Assembly: GCA_964427125.1 (NCBI GenBank)
Contig: CAYRSM010000004.1
Location: 1 to 40,275, forward strand
Length of the DNA stretch: 40,275 bases
Direction: 5' to 3'
Source: an uncultured archaeon
Lineage (GTDB): Archaea > Aenigmatarchaeota > Aenigmatarchaeia > CG10238-14 > SCSR01
The position numbers and the translations under genes were made by a program. Shown here in pieces: positions 1 through 8,364 of this stretch (position 1 is the stretch's first letter; each line of letters opens with the position of its first letter). The notes beneath the pieces were generated by a model. The model did no database searches. It was given only the letters and a program-made list of their open reading frames with translations, and had not been told where the DNA came from.

Positions 1-156
1 GCTTAAATCAAATGATTTCCAATGCTTACAGCATGCGTTGTATCTGATTTCCAAGATCAGTTTTATTCTGATTTTATTTTTTACAATTTCAAATCCTTTC
101 GGTATCAATCTCAAGTAGAGAAGCTTAACAATATATTAGTGTTCATTTGGCATTGG

Positions 157-1122
157 TTAAATTATTTCAAATTCTAGACTTTTCTTCAAATCCACGAAGG
201 CAAATTTCCCCTTCCCTACCAATCTGGTCAAACTGTATTTTACTAGTTTTACTCCATAGTCTTTGGCTACGCTAACTATTTTTTTCTGGAAGTCTTTGGA
301 TATCAAAACGCCTGTTACACATTCCTTACCCAGTTCGTCCATGTACGACTTAACCTGTTCCAAGTCTTCATTCGAAGCTTTGTTTAATTTGACTTCTAAA
401 ACTATTTTCTTGGACATCCCAATAGGTACGGCTTCTTTTATAAGAATATCGACATGACCTTGTGGTAAGGCTTTTTCTCCAAGCACTTCCAGTGTCTGGC
501 AATTCAATCCTACAATATCGAGCTTTCTAAGAAACTCTTTCAAATTGCCCTCGTCAGATATATTTTGCCTTATGGCCGATTGTAGAAGCAATTCGTTTAG
601 TCTAAAATCGCCGCTTTTATCAAATGAAATGTGCGGTTCGAAATCATCATATTTTATTGCCAGATTGCTTACTCTAGAATTGTATAATTTTCCCATCTCA
701 GAAACGTTCTGTAATGTTGTCTGGTCTGCTTGGAAATGCGTTTTCATGTAACCACCTCTCAGCAGAAGATTTTCCGCTACATAGGAAAACTCGGTTCTTA
801 CTAGAGATTCTTGAAATTCTCTTATGGGTTCAAGAACCAGTCTAAAAGGAAAGTTGTATGTTTTTTTGTATGTTCTTCGGACTATTGGCTTCCAAGGCGG
901 AAGTTTATCGGCGTTTTTGACAGCGATTTTTCCCTTTACCCTGTACAGATTGTAAGCTTTTGCACCAAAAAGAAAAGAAATGAAATCCCCTTCGTTTATT
1001 TCAGAGAACGTCCAGAAACCATTTCTGCTGCTTGGAAATCCTGCTAAAGCATACTTAATACAAAGTTCCAAATTTTCTCTAGTTGACACTGAAATCAAAA
1101 AGTACGAGCTTCTGACTTCCAT
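157..1122 (-). CDS. EVE/PUA-like domain fused to a NucS-like PD-(D/E)xK nuclease (putative modification-dependent restriction enzyme)
   Basis: 321-aa ORF. N-terminal ENLELC..GF..INEGDFISF..FPFRL pattern resembles EVE-like domains. C-terminal VDILIKE..VLEVK..DLEQVKSY fits PD-(D/E)xK with a QxxxY motif. AT-rich relative to the rest of the window. Confidence 0.6.
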   Translation of the reverse strand: MEVRSSYFLISVSTRENLELCIKYALAGFPSSRNGFWTFSEINEGDFISFLFGAKAYNLYRVKGKIAVKNADKLPPWKPIVRRTYKKTYNFPFRLVLEPIREFQESLVRTEFSYVAENLLLRGGYMKTHFQADQTTLQNVSEMGKLYNSRVSNLAIKYDDFEPHISFDKSGDFRLNELLLQSAIRQNISDEGNLKEFLRKLDIVGLNCQTLEVLGEKALPQGHVDILIKEAVPIGMSKKIVLEVKLNKASNEDLEQVKSYMDELGKECVTGVLISKDFQKKIVSVAKDYGVKLVKYSLTRLVGKGKFAFVDLKKSLEFEII

Positions 1123-1158
1123 TAATTAAATAATTGTCTTAAATGATCTTATTTGAAA

Positions 1159-1419
1159 TCATAACTTCCTCAGTTCTTTGGCCAATTTGATAATTTTATT
1201 CACAGTCTTTGCGTCAAATGGTATTATTATTGTGGCCGAATCTTGGTCATCTACTTCTCCTATTAGAAACTCATCCAATTCGAAGTCTGTGACCTTTGCT
1301 AACTTGAGATTATTTTCCTTTTTCACTCTTTCCCTTTCCTTTTCCACGTTTATTATCCAATACCTAAAGTAAGGCTTCATGTCAACACGCAATTGTAACA
1401 TCAATCTTTTCTCAGTCAT
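1159..1419 (-). CDS. hypothetical protein
   Basis: ~86-aa ORF co-oriented with and just upstream of the nuclease gene, with the same low GC. No motif recognised. Confidence 0.55.
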   Translation of the reverse strand: MTEKRLMLQLRVDMKPYFRYWIINVEKERERVKKENNLKLAKVTDFELDEFLIGEVDDQDSATIIIPFDAKTVNKIIKLAKELRKL

Positions 1420-1491
1420 CAAATCACGCCATTGAAATTTTCAACTTTATTATATGATCTGATCGATCGCTTTGCTAGTATTTAAACTCGA

Positions 1492-1614
1492 TCAACCTCT
1501 AGGAAGAGTCTTGGTGTGCTTGGCCTTGAAGCTCCACTGGTCGGCTATGTACAAAGCGCTAATCCTGCCCTTGTCGCAGAACGGACACGCCAACTCCTCG
1601 TACTGCCCCACCAT
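1492..1614 (-). CDS. short CxxC (Zn-ribbon-like) peptide, possibly truncated
   Basis: ATG at 1614 gives MVGQYEELACPFCDKGRIS...LPRG* (40 aa). It has only one CxxC and ends where GC content drops. Confidence 0.4.
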   Translation of the reverse strand: MVGQYEELACPFCDKGRISALYIADQWSFKAKHTKTLPRG

Positions 1615-1818
1615 AATTAGAATAATTGAAGGACAGATGCTTATTAAACTCCTTTTCAACTGGCTATTTATCCCTATGCTGAAAATCTTCTTTGGGAAAG
1701 TGAAGGACAATGGACAGGGTGCGGGGGGTGCGCAGGGTGCCTGCCTAGTACGGTAGCTGGCACGGTGGATAGGCAGTACGCACGGTAATATATATCGCAG
1801 ATTCCTACATTAGATTGT

Positions 1819-1968
1819 ATGGCAGTGAAGCTGGGAAGATTCAGCCTGTCTGGCAGGGTGGTAAGCAGGAGGTTCAACCATCACATAGTGAAGGTGCTGG
1901 AGCCGACCAGAAAGCTGACCTGCGAGGAAGCCGAACAGCGTGTCAAAGAACTGCTGAAAGGCTCCTAA
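1819..1968 (+). CDS. small hypothetical protein (49 aa, not in ORF track)
   Basis: Manual translation MAVKLGRFSLSGRVVSRRFNHHIVKVLEPTRKLTCEEAEQRVKELLKGS*. TATA-like tract at ~1787-1795. Stop overlaps the convergent PIN stop. Confidence 0.5.
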   Translation: MAVKLGRFSLSGRVVSRRFNHHIVKVLEPTRKLTCEEAEQRVKELLKGS

Positions 1969-2423
1969 TCGAACTGTTTCATGAATTTTGACATGCACAT
2001 GACTGGCTTGTACACCTTTCCCACCTTGCCAATGTCCTCGTCCCTGGTGACAAATGTCAGGTTCTCGTTCTTGGCTATCTCTATGTGGACGGCGTCGTTG
2101 TGGTCGTTGCACAGGTCCGCAAATGTCACGATGCTGTTTGTCAGCTTCGCCTCTATGATTATCTTCAGGCCGATGTGGTCTTTCAGGATTTCGAAGAAGG
2201 GCGAAATCTTGTCCTCGGACAGGCCCCTGTCCTGGAAGTCTTTCTTCAGGTTTACCAGAAGTTCCGCGATTGAGTAGATTGAGATGAACTTTTCAACGCC
2301 TTTGCACCTGCCGCACAAAAATTCTATGAATTCCGGTTTCGGGTGCTTTTTAGGGTTCAGCTGGTTTTTGAACCATCCGTAAATCAGGTTCGTGTCCAGA
2401 TAAATCCTTTTTGGAACAGGCAT
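1965..2423 (-). CDS. PIN-domain (VapC-like) ribonuclease
   Basis: IYLDTN, SIAEL, DAVHIEIA and FVTRD carry the PIN acidic residues. Start placed at MPVPKRIY. Confidence 0.8.
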   Translation of the reverse strand: MPVPKRIYLDTNLIYGWFKNQLNPKKHPKPEFIEFLCGRCKGVEKFISIYSIAELLVNLKKDFQDRGLSEDKISPFFEILKDHIGLKIIIEAKLTNSIVTFADLCNDHNDAVHIEIAKNENLTFVTRDEDIGKVGKVYKPVMCMSKFMKQFD

Positions 2424-2544
2424 GCGTCCATTCACCGGTCCTAATAGATACATTGGTGACGACGCCCTCTTAAGGCTTTCCATGACGAAATTGTCAAAAT
2501 CGTTATATGCATACTATTTATCCGTGCAGTGGAATCTTCAAGTG

Positions 2545-2937
2545 ATGATCATGGATATTTGTGACAACTGTGTAAAGTGCTGCATGGACACGGAGATGCC
2601 CCTGTCGGAGGGGGACATAGCCAGGATAAGGAAGCTCGGCTTTACAGATTTTACCATCGAGAGGGACGGCTGGCTCCAGCTCAGGAACAGCGGGGGAAGG
2701 TGCGTCTTCAACGGCGGCTCGAGGTGCAAGATCTATGCGGACAGGCCCGAGGGGTGCAGGTTCTACCCGGTGATATACGACGAGGAGAAGGGGGAGGCTG
2801 TGCTGGACGGGGACTGTCCGAGAAGGGAAAGTTTCAATGTCTCCGATGTGGATTTGAAGGGGTTGAGGGAGCTTGTCGCGAGGCTGAGGAAGGAGAGGAA
2901 GGCTAGGATGAAGAACCGCTTAAATGTTCGCATTTAG
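2545..2937 (+). CDS. YkgJ-family (CxxCxxCC) cysteine-cluster protein
   Basis: CDNCVKCC, CVF, CKIYADRPEGCRFYP motifs. Confidence 0.85.
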   Translation: MIMDICDNCVKCCMDTEMPLSEGDIARIRKLGFTDFTIERDGWLQLRNSGGRCVFNGGSRCKIYADRPEGCRFYPVIYDEEKGEAVLDGDCPRRESFNVSDVDLKGLRELVARLRKERKARMKNRLNVRI

Positions 2938-2982
2938 ACGTCACCGCAACCTAAATCTGTATGCGAATGGAATTATAATTCT

Positions 2983-3360
2983 ATGGAATTGAAGTACCTT
3001 ACCACGGAGGAAATCGTGGACATACACAACGAGATAATAAAGGAGACAGGCGGTCACACGGGAGTTATTTCCCTTGGTAATTTGGATTTCATAGTCTCGC
3101 AGATAGAGATTCCAAGATCAATGGAAAGGAAGGCTGCCACGTTGCTGTACGGCATACTGACTAGCCATCCTTTTGCCGACGGAAACAAGAGGACCGCCTT
3201 TGAGAGCATGAAAGTGTTTCTTAGACTGAACGGCAGGAGCTTCGAGGACGATGAGGAAGACCTTTGGAATAAACTGCACGAGATATCTTCGGGAACGCTT
3301 AAGTTTGAAGAAACAGTAAAATGGGTTAGCGGGAAGGTTGTTTCAAATGGCAAGGCCTGA
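2983..3360 (+). CDS. Fic/Doc (death-on-curing) family toxin
   Basis: Doc-type motif HPFADGNKRTA in a 125-aa ORF. Confidence 0.9.
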   Translation: MELKYLTTEEIVDIHNEIIKETGGHTGVISLGNLDFIVSQIEIPRSMERKAATLLYGILTSHPFADGNKRTAFESMKVFLRLNGRSFEDDEEDLWNKLHEISSGTLKFEETVKWVSGKVVSNGKA

Positions 3361-3451
3361 AGTGATGAAAGTCGCAAGGAAGCTGATCAAGGAAGACAGG
3401 GATTTCCTCAAGTATCTGGCGGAGGAGCACAGGTCTTTCAAGAGGCAATAA
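3347..3451 (+). CDS. 34-aa peptide overlapping the doc 3' end, putative antitoxin (not in ORF track)
   Basis: MARPEVMKVARKLIKEDRDFLKYLAEEHRSFKRQ*. Amphipathic helix resembling the C-terminal Doc-binding helix of Phd-like antitoxins. Confidence 0.55.
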   Translation: MARPEVMKVARKLIKEDRDFLKYLAEEHRSFKRQ

Positions 3452-3468
3452 AAATCAATGCAGAAAGA

Positions 3469-3657
3469 CTAGCCCTTACCGACAATGATTTTTACCTTCG
3501 CGTACATCTCGGGGTCGCTGTCCGCGCCGCGCATCACGGAATTGATTAAATCAGCTTGTTGTTCCGACCACTCCCTGTTCGTATGACCTTTCATGTACCC
3601 GACCCAGAACCTCACAAATGCCAGCCGCTCATTCATGTCCCTTTTAGACGATGCCAT
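3469..3657 (-). CDS. small helical protein coupled to the nucleotidyltransferase gene
   Basis: 62-aa ORF whose start overlaps the NTase stop by 14 nt. Confidence 0.7.
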   Translation of the reverse strand: MASSKRDMNERLAFVRFWVGYMKGHTNREWSEQQADLINSVMRGADSDPEMYAKVKIIVGKG

Positions 3658-4246
3658 ATTTCTTCATCTCCTCCCCGACCTTGAGCTTCTTTCCAATGTC
3701 CTTCAATAGCCTTTTGTCCAATTTATCCTTGAACAGCTCGCTCACATGCACAGCGTCCTCTATGTCCTTATCGCTCCCCAGCCATAACTTGAACGCTATC
3801 TGCGTTTCCAGTTTGGAAGTAAGGAGCATCCTATCGCCAATCTTCATCTTAAGCGGGTGTTCCAGCGAGTCAAAGTCCGTGTCCTTCTTCGGGAACTTTA
3901 TCTCGAAGTTTGGGATTGCCTTGCCTTTCCTTGCGACCCTTATCGAGAGGTTGTCCTCGAGCATTCCGAACGGCTCCTCCATGTCGCTCGCGTTGATTAT
4001 CCAGTACCCTTTCTTCTCAAGCTCGTTGTAAAATTTCTTATACGTCCCAAGGTCCATCCTCTCGACGAACATGTCCACGTCCTCTGTGGTCCTGGTCCTG
4101 CCGAGGATTATCGATATGTAGCCGCTTATCACCACGTACCTTATGCCGAGGTCGTTGAGCAATTCCACGAAATCGAAGACAAACCTGTCCAAGTCTGACA
4201 GAACCTTGTCAAATTCCAGCACGTTGCCCCTGAGATTGAACTCCAT
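3644..4246 (-). CDS. nucleotidyltransferase-fold protein (DUF6036/AbiEii-like)
   Basis: YVVISGY..GRTRTTEDVD motif (G..DxD) and C-terminal K..LGSDKDIED. Confidence 0.7.
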   Translation of the reverse strand: MEFNLRGNVLEFDKVLSDLDRFVFDFVELLNDLGIRYVVISGYISIILGRTRTTEDVDMFVERMDLGTYKKFYNELEKKGYWIINASDMEEPFGMLEDNLSIRVARKGKAIPNFEIKFPKKDTDFDSLEHPLKMKIGDRMLLTSKLETQIAFKLWLGSDKDIEDAVHVSELFKDKLDKRLLKDIGKKLKVGEEMKKYGIV

Positions 4247-4288
4247 GATATACTAATTTTTGCCGCGGGCTTATATTTCGAAAATTTT

Positions 4289-4390
4289 TCATACCGCCTT
4301 CTCCATGCACTCCTCCGAGCAGTAGAACGCGCCCATCTTCTTCAGCTTCGCGAACGGTATGTCCCTGCCGCACCAGCCGCACTTCTTCAT
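4289..4390 (-). CDS. 33-aa TRASH/YHS-like metal-binding peptide (not in ORF track)
   Basis: MKKCGWCGRDIPFAKLKKMGAFYCSEECMEKAV* with CxxC...YCSxxC. Confidence 0.65.
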   Translation of the reverse strand: MKKCGWCGRDIPFAKLKKMGAFYCSEECMEKAV

Positions 4391-4427
4391 GGATAACAAT
4401 TGTGTTAGGTAAGATAACAACCTGAAT

Positions 4428-5207
4428 TCACTGCGCGGCGAAATTCAGCAGGAGCTTTCCCCTCTGCCAGTCCCTTATCACAAGCCTGGCCGTCCTTGTC
4501 TCATCCACCTTGCCGCCCCTTGCGAGGAAGTTTTTTTTGCCGCCTATCTTCAGGAGCACACCCTCCGCATCTTCAGCCCCAATTTCTATTTCGTATAACT
4601 TTTCCAGTTTCTTCTTGTCCGTTTCGAGGAACATCCTTATGATTGTCGTCGCTGCAAGCCCCGGGTTCTCGAGGTTGTCGGGGTCCATCGCCGACATGAG
4701 CGCCTTATCCGTCTCGTCCTTTTCGTCCATGGGCATCACGCCAGGAGTGTCTAGGAACATTATCTCATCGCCGCCGCTTATCCACTGCACTCCCCTTGTC
4801 ATGCCCGGCATGGGAGACGTCTTTGCGGCATGCCTTCCTGTGAGCGAGTTTATGACTGACGACTTTCCCGTGTTCGGATAGCCTATCACACCCACCCTCA
4901 CCTTGCGGGACCACTTCCTCCTGCTCGCGACATCCACAATCATCTTCTCCAGCTCGGCCATGCCCGTCTTCCTCTTGGACGAAACGAACACCGCCTTCTG
5001 CTGGCAGACCTTTAGGAAATCCTCCCTCATCCTTTCGGTTATCAAATCTGCCTTATTCAAAACCAGTATGAGGGTCTTCCTTCTCCTCTGTATGCTGTTC
5101 TCCACGTCCCTGTTCCTCGTCTGGTCCGGCATCCTCGCGTCCAGCACCTCGAGCAGTATGTCCGCCCTGTTGATCACGAAGCTCACGGTCCTCCAAAACC
5201 CCTGCAT
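4428..5207 (-). CDS. circularly permuted ribosome-biogenesis GTPase (RbgA/YlqF family)
   Basis: Motif order DAR, NKAD (G4), GYPNTGKSS (G1), T (G2), DTPG (G3). GGTGA RBS upstream of ATG 5207. Confidence 0.92.
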   Translation of the reverse strand: MQGFWRTVSFVINRADILLEVLDARMPDQTRNRDVENSIQRRRKTLILVLNKADLITERMREDFLKVCQQKAVFVSSKRKTGMAELEKMIVDVASRRKWSRKVRVGVIGYPNTGKSSVINSLTGRHAAKTSPMPGMTRGVQWISGGDEIMFLDTPGVMPMDEKDETDKALMSAMDPDNLENPGLAATTIIRMFLETDKKKLEKLYEIEIGAEDAEGVLLKIGGKKNFLARGGKVDETRTARLVIRDWQRGKLLLNFAAQ

Positions 5208-5380
5208 GGTCTTCACCTTCAATCATTTGTCCGCAAAGCACTTAATCTCGATGAAGTGCACGCGAGCCTCAGGCCGAACGGTATTATAAGAAAGTACAGA
5301 GGATGGGGCAGCGGTTTTAGCATGTTCTCCGGTAAAATAACTAGTGCCTTATTTTAGACAAAAAGGCGATAATTAGAATT

Positions 5381-6772
5381 GTGGAAAGGCACAGGTTGGA
5401 GAGGGATGTTCTGGGCGAGGTGAAGGTACCTTCCGATGCCTATTACGGCTCATGGACACAGCGCGCGATTGAGAATTTTCCCGTGTCGGGATTGAGGATT
5501 TCCGGAAAGTTCATCAGGGCGTACGTCATAGTGAAGCGTTCGGCGGCACTGGCAAACATGAGAATCGGCAAGCTGGATGGAAAAATCGGCAGCTCTATAG
5601 TGAAGGCGTGCGACGAGATGCTGTCGGGCAAGCTCTTAGACCAGTTCGTAGTGGACGTATTCCAGGCCGGTGCCGGCACCAGCACGAACATGAACGTGAA
5701 CGAGGTGATAGCCAACAGGGCAATCGAAATTCTGGGAGGGAGAAAAGGAGATTACAACATAGTTCATCCGAACGACCACGCCAACATGTCACAGTCCACG
5801 AACGACACCTTCCACACCGCCACGCACATAGCGGCGTACCTTGCGATACGTGACGGCCTTTTGCCGGCACTCCACAATCTTGAAAAATCATTTTCTAAAA
5901 AATCCGAGGAGTTCGCAGCCATGCTGAAGATTGGCAGGACTCATCTTCAGGATGCCGTGCCGATGACTCTGGGTCAGGAATTCTCGGCTTACGCCTCTGC
6001 TGTCGGGAATTCTGCCAAAAGGCTGGACTTGGCGAAGGATGCTCTGCTGGAGCTGGCAATAGGCGGCACCGCAGTCGGCACCGGTATAAACGCAGGGCCT
6101 GATTACGCCAAAAATGTCCTGGGGGAGATAACCAGGTACACTGGAGTGAAGTTCGAATCATCCAAGAATCTTTTCACCGCCATGCAAAACCAGAACGTCG
6201 AGTCGGGAATAATGGGAGCTGTCAAAAATGTGGCTGTTGCGCTGAACAAGGTTGCGAACGATTTGAGATTGTTGAGTTCTGGGCCGCGCGGCGGATTGGG
6301 GGAGATAACCCTGCCAGAGGTGCAGCCAGGTTCTTCCATAATGCCGGGAAAGATAAATCCCAGCGTTCCGGAGATGTTCGGCATGGTCTGTTTTGAGATT
6401 ATGGGAAATGATGTTACGGTGTCGACAGCCGCACAGTCGGGTCAGCTCGAACTTAACGTCTTCATGCCGATAATCGCGCACAACCTGCTATACTCGATTG
6501 AAATTCTGGCCAACGCAACAAAAATCCTGGACGAAAAGTGCGTGAAGGGCATAAGGGCGAACAAGGAGAGGCTGGAGGAGAATATCGAGAGAAACCTTTC
6601 GTTGGCAACTGCACTCGTGCCTCACATCGGCTACAGCAAGTCGGCTGATGTGGCGCGGAAGGCCTACCTGGAGGGCAAGACAATCAGGCAGGTCTGCATA
6701 GAGATGAATCTGTTCAAGGAAAAGGAGTTGGACAAGATTCTGGACGCTAGGAAGATGGCTGGGATAGGCTGA
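5381..6772 (+). CDS. class II fumarate hydratase / aspartate ammonia-lyase
   Basis: GSSIMPGKINP signature, GRTHLQDA, QSTND. FumC versus AspA cannot be resolved by eye. Confidence 0.92.
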   Translation: MERHRLERDVLGEVKVPSDAYYGSWTQRAIENFPVSGLRISGKFIRAYVIVKRSAALANMRIGKLDGKIGSSIVKACDEMLSGKLLDQFVVDVFQAGAGTSTNMNVNEVIANRAIEILGGRKGDYNIVHPNDHANMSQSTNDTFHTATHIAAYLAIRDGLLPALHNLEKSFSKKSEEFAAMLKIGRTHLQDAVPMTLGQEFSAYASAVGNSAKRLDLAKDALLELAIGGTAVGTGINAGPDYAKNVLGEITRYTGVKFESSKNLFTAMQNQNVESGIMGAVKNVAVALNKVANDLRLLSSGPRGGLGEITLPEVQPGSSIMPGKINPSVPEMFGMVCFEIMGNDVTVSTAAQSGQLELNVFMPIIAHNLLYSIEILANATKILDEKCVKGIRANKERLEENIERNLSLATALVPHIGYSKSADVARKAYLEGKTIRQVCIEMNLFKEKELDKILDARKMAGIG

Positions 6773-6781
6773 TTTATCCGG

Positions 6782-7069
6782 TCAGAGTCTTGGCTCGAAC
6801 CCGAACGAAACCCTGAATTTGTTCCTGTCCTCGGCTATGATGAAACCCTTCGGTTTGATTTCGCTCACGACCATGCCTGTTCCGGTCTTGACCATGGTTA
6901 TCAGGTCCTGTCTGGCAAGATACTCCAGTGCTTTTTCCACACGGACCGTTTCAAGCTTGTTCCTCTCGGACAGTTCCTTTTCATCAATGTCCAGTTCCCT
7001 TGCCCTCGAGACTGAGAACCTCTCGTGCAGGTATATCATCAGGGTGCCCGCGTCCTTCTGTATTCCCAT
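6782..7069 (-). CDS. small winged-helix-like protein
   Basis: 95 aa. VEKALEYLARQDLI..IKPKG resembles a wHTH. Confidence 0.6.
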   Translation of the reverse strand: MGIQKDAGTLMIYLHERFSVSRARELDIDEKELSERNKLETVRVEKALEYLARQDLITMVKTGTGMVVSEIKPKGFIIAEDRNKFRVSFGFEPRL

Positions 7070-7102
7070 GATTAGATGATTGCCTGTTCGTGGATAAATC
7101 TT

Positions 7103-7429
7103 TTATCCTATCGAGATCGCTTCCAGCACGCCAGTCGAATTGTCGAGCCTTCCGAGCACGTTGAGCATCTTTCCGTCAAAGCCTGACAGCCTCCACGCAC
7201 CGCTGAGTTTCGTAGACGGCGTCACCTTGATTTCGATTTTGCCGCCTTCCGAATCTGTCAGGAAATACTTGTTTTCAGCGGACTCGTTTCCGCCAAGCCA
7301 CATCACGTTGAAGCGTCCGTGTAGCGTCACAAGATTCGAATCTGCCTGTGTCGGAAAGACTGTGTAAAAGTATGCAAATGCCGACACGGCCATAACGGCA
7401 ACCAAAGGAACCAAGATGCGAACGTCCAT
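7103..7429 (-). CDS. membrane-anchored/secreted hypothetical protein
   Basis: Hydrophobic N-terminal helix followed by a beta-rich domain. Confidence 0.65.
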   Translation of the reverse strand: MDVRILVPLVAVMAVSAFAYFYTVFPTQADSNLVTLHGRFNVMWLGGNESAENKYFLTDSEGGKIEIKVTPSTKLSGAWRLSGFDGKMLNVLGRLDNSTGVLEAISIG

Positions 7430-7505
7430 ACTCTTATGTGAGCAACCTAAGGATATGTCGTTTCACTCGGCAGCCTATTTGTAAGACAAAACACAATTGA
7501 CTATT

Positions 7506-8330
7506 ATGGCGGCCGAATTGGACGACATGGACTGGAAAAAATTTGCGGAGTTCTGCACGCTCAAATCCAAAAACAAAGCGCACATCAACAACCTTGTTAA
7601 CTATTCTAAAAGATATGGCAGGATGCTTTTCATGAACCCCCTCGACTTTGCGCTCGAGTTCAAGAAGCTGTCTCAGGAGGGAAAGTCCATGAAGAGGCAC
7701 ATGCTTCAGGCGCTCGCCGCGCTGTCGAAATACCTCGACCTGAAGGAGGACACGAGCAGGTACTATGACAGGTTCAAGGAGCTCAGGACAAAGTCCGGCA
7801 TAAGCTGGAACGAGGAGAAGGTGCCGCAGATACTCGTTAGGGAGATACCAAAAGAAAAAACTCTTGAGATAATTAAATCGATAAGCGGGAGAAGACTGAA
7901 GGCCACATGCATGATACATTTGTTGACCGGTTTGAGGACATCGGAGGTTTTCTACCTTGTGAAAAATTTCGACACCCTCAAGAAGACAGAGACAGGCAGG
8001 GGTTACATAATAGAACTCTCCTATCTGAGAAGGACGAAGAAGGCTTTCGTCACTTTCCTGCACAAGGACGCAATCGGCCTTCTGAAGGACGCCTACATGG
8101 ACAAGCGCAGCTACTGGAACAACATCAAAAAGTACGGCGTGAAGCCCTACGACTTCAGGAGGATGTTCGAGTCGCTCTACGGAAACCTGAGGAGCCACGA
8201 GGTCGATCTGCTGCAGGGAAGGCTGACAACCGAGCTGACAATCCATTACACCAGGGACATGTCGTCGATCGCTGGCAAGGTTCTCTCGACGCAGGAAGGG
8301 CTTCTCAGGGAGATGCTTCCAAGCCGGTAA
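7506..8330 (+). CDS. tyrosine recombinase/integrase (archaeal SSV1-like family)
   Basis: LLTGLRTSEV (catalytic R), TKKAFV, YDFRR, VDLLQGR, IHY (catalytic Y). Confidence 0.8.
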   Translation: MAAELDDMDWKKFAEFCTLKSKNKAHINNLVNYSKRYGRMLFMNPLDFALEFKKLSQEGKSMKRHMLQALAALSKYLDLKEDTSRYYDRFKELRTKSGISWNEEKVPQILVREIPKEKTLEIIKSISGRRLKATCMIHLLTGLRTSEVFYLVKNFDTLKKTETGRGYIIELSYLRRTKKAFVTFLHKDAIGLLKDAYMDKRSYWNNIKKYGVKPYDFRRMFESLYGNLRSHEVDLLQGRLTTELTIHYTRDMSSIAGKVLSTQEGLLREMLPSR

Positions 8331-8364
8331 CCGTTTTAATTGCTTCCGCCGCGAATTGTATTTC

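Noticed and set aside
1456-1492. Cluster of GATC sites upstream of the nuclease unit
   Set aside because: Too few sites, and no methyltransferase in view to support a methylation switch.
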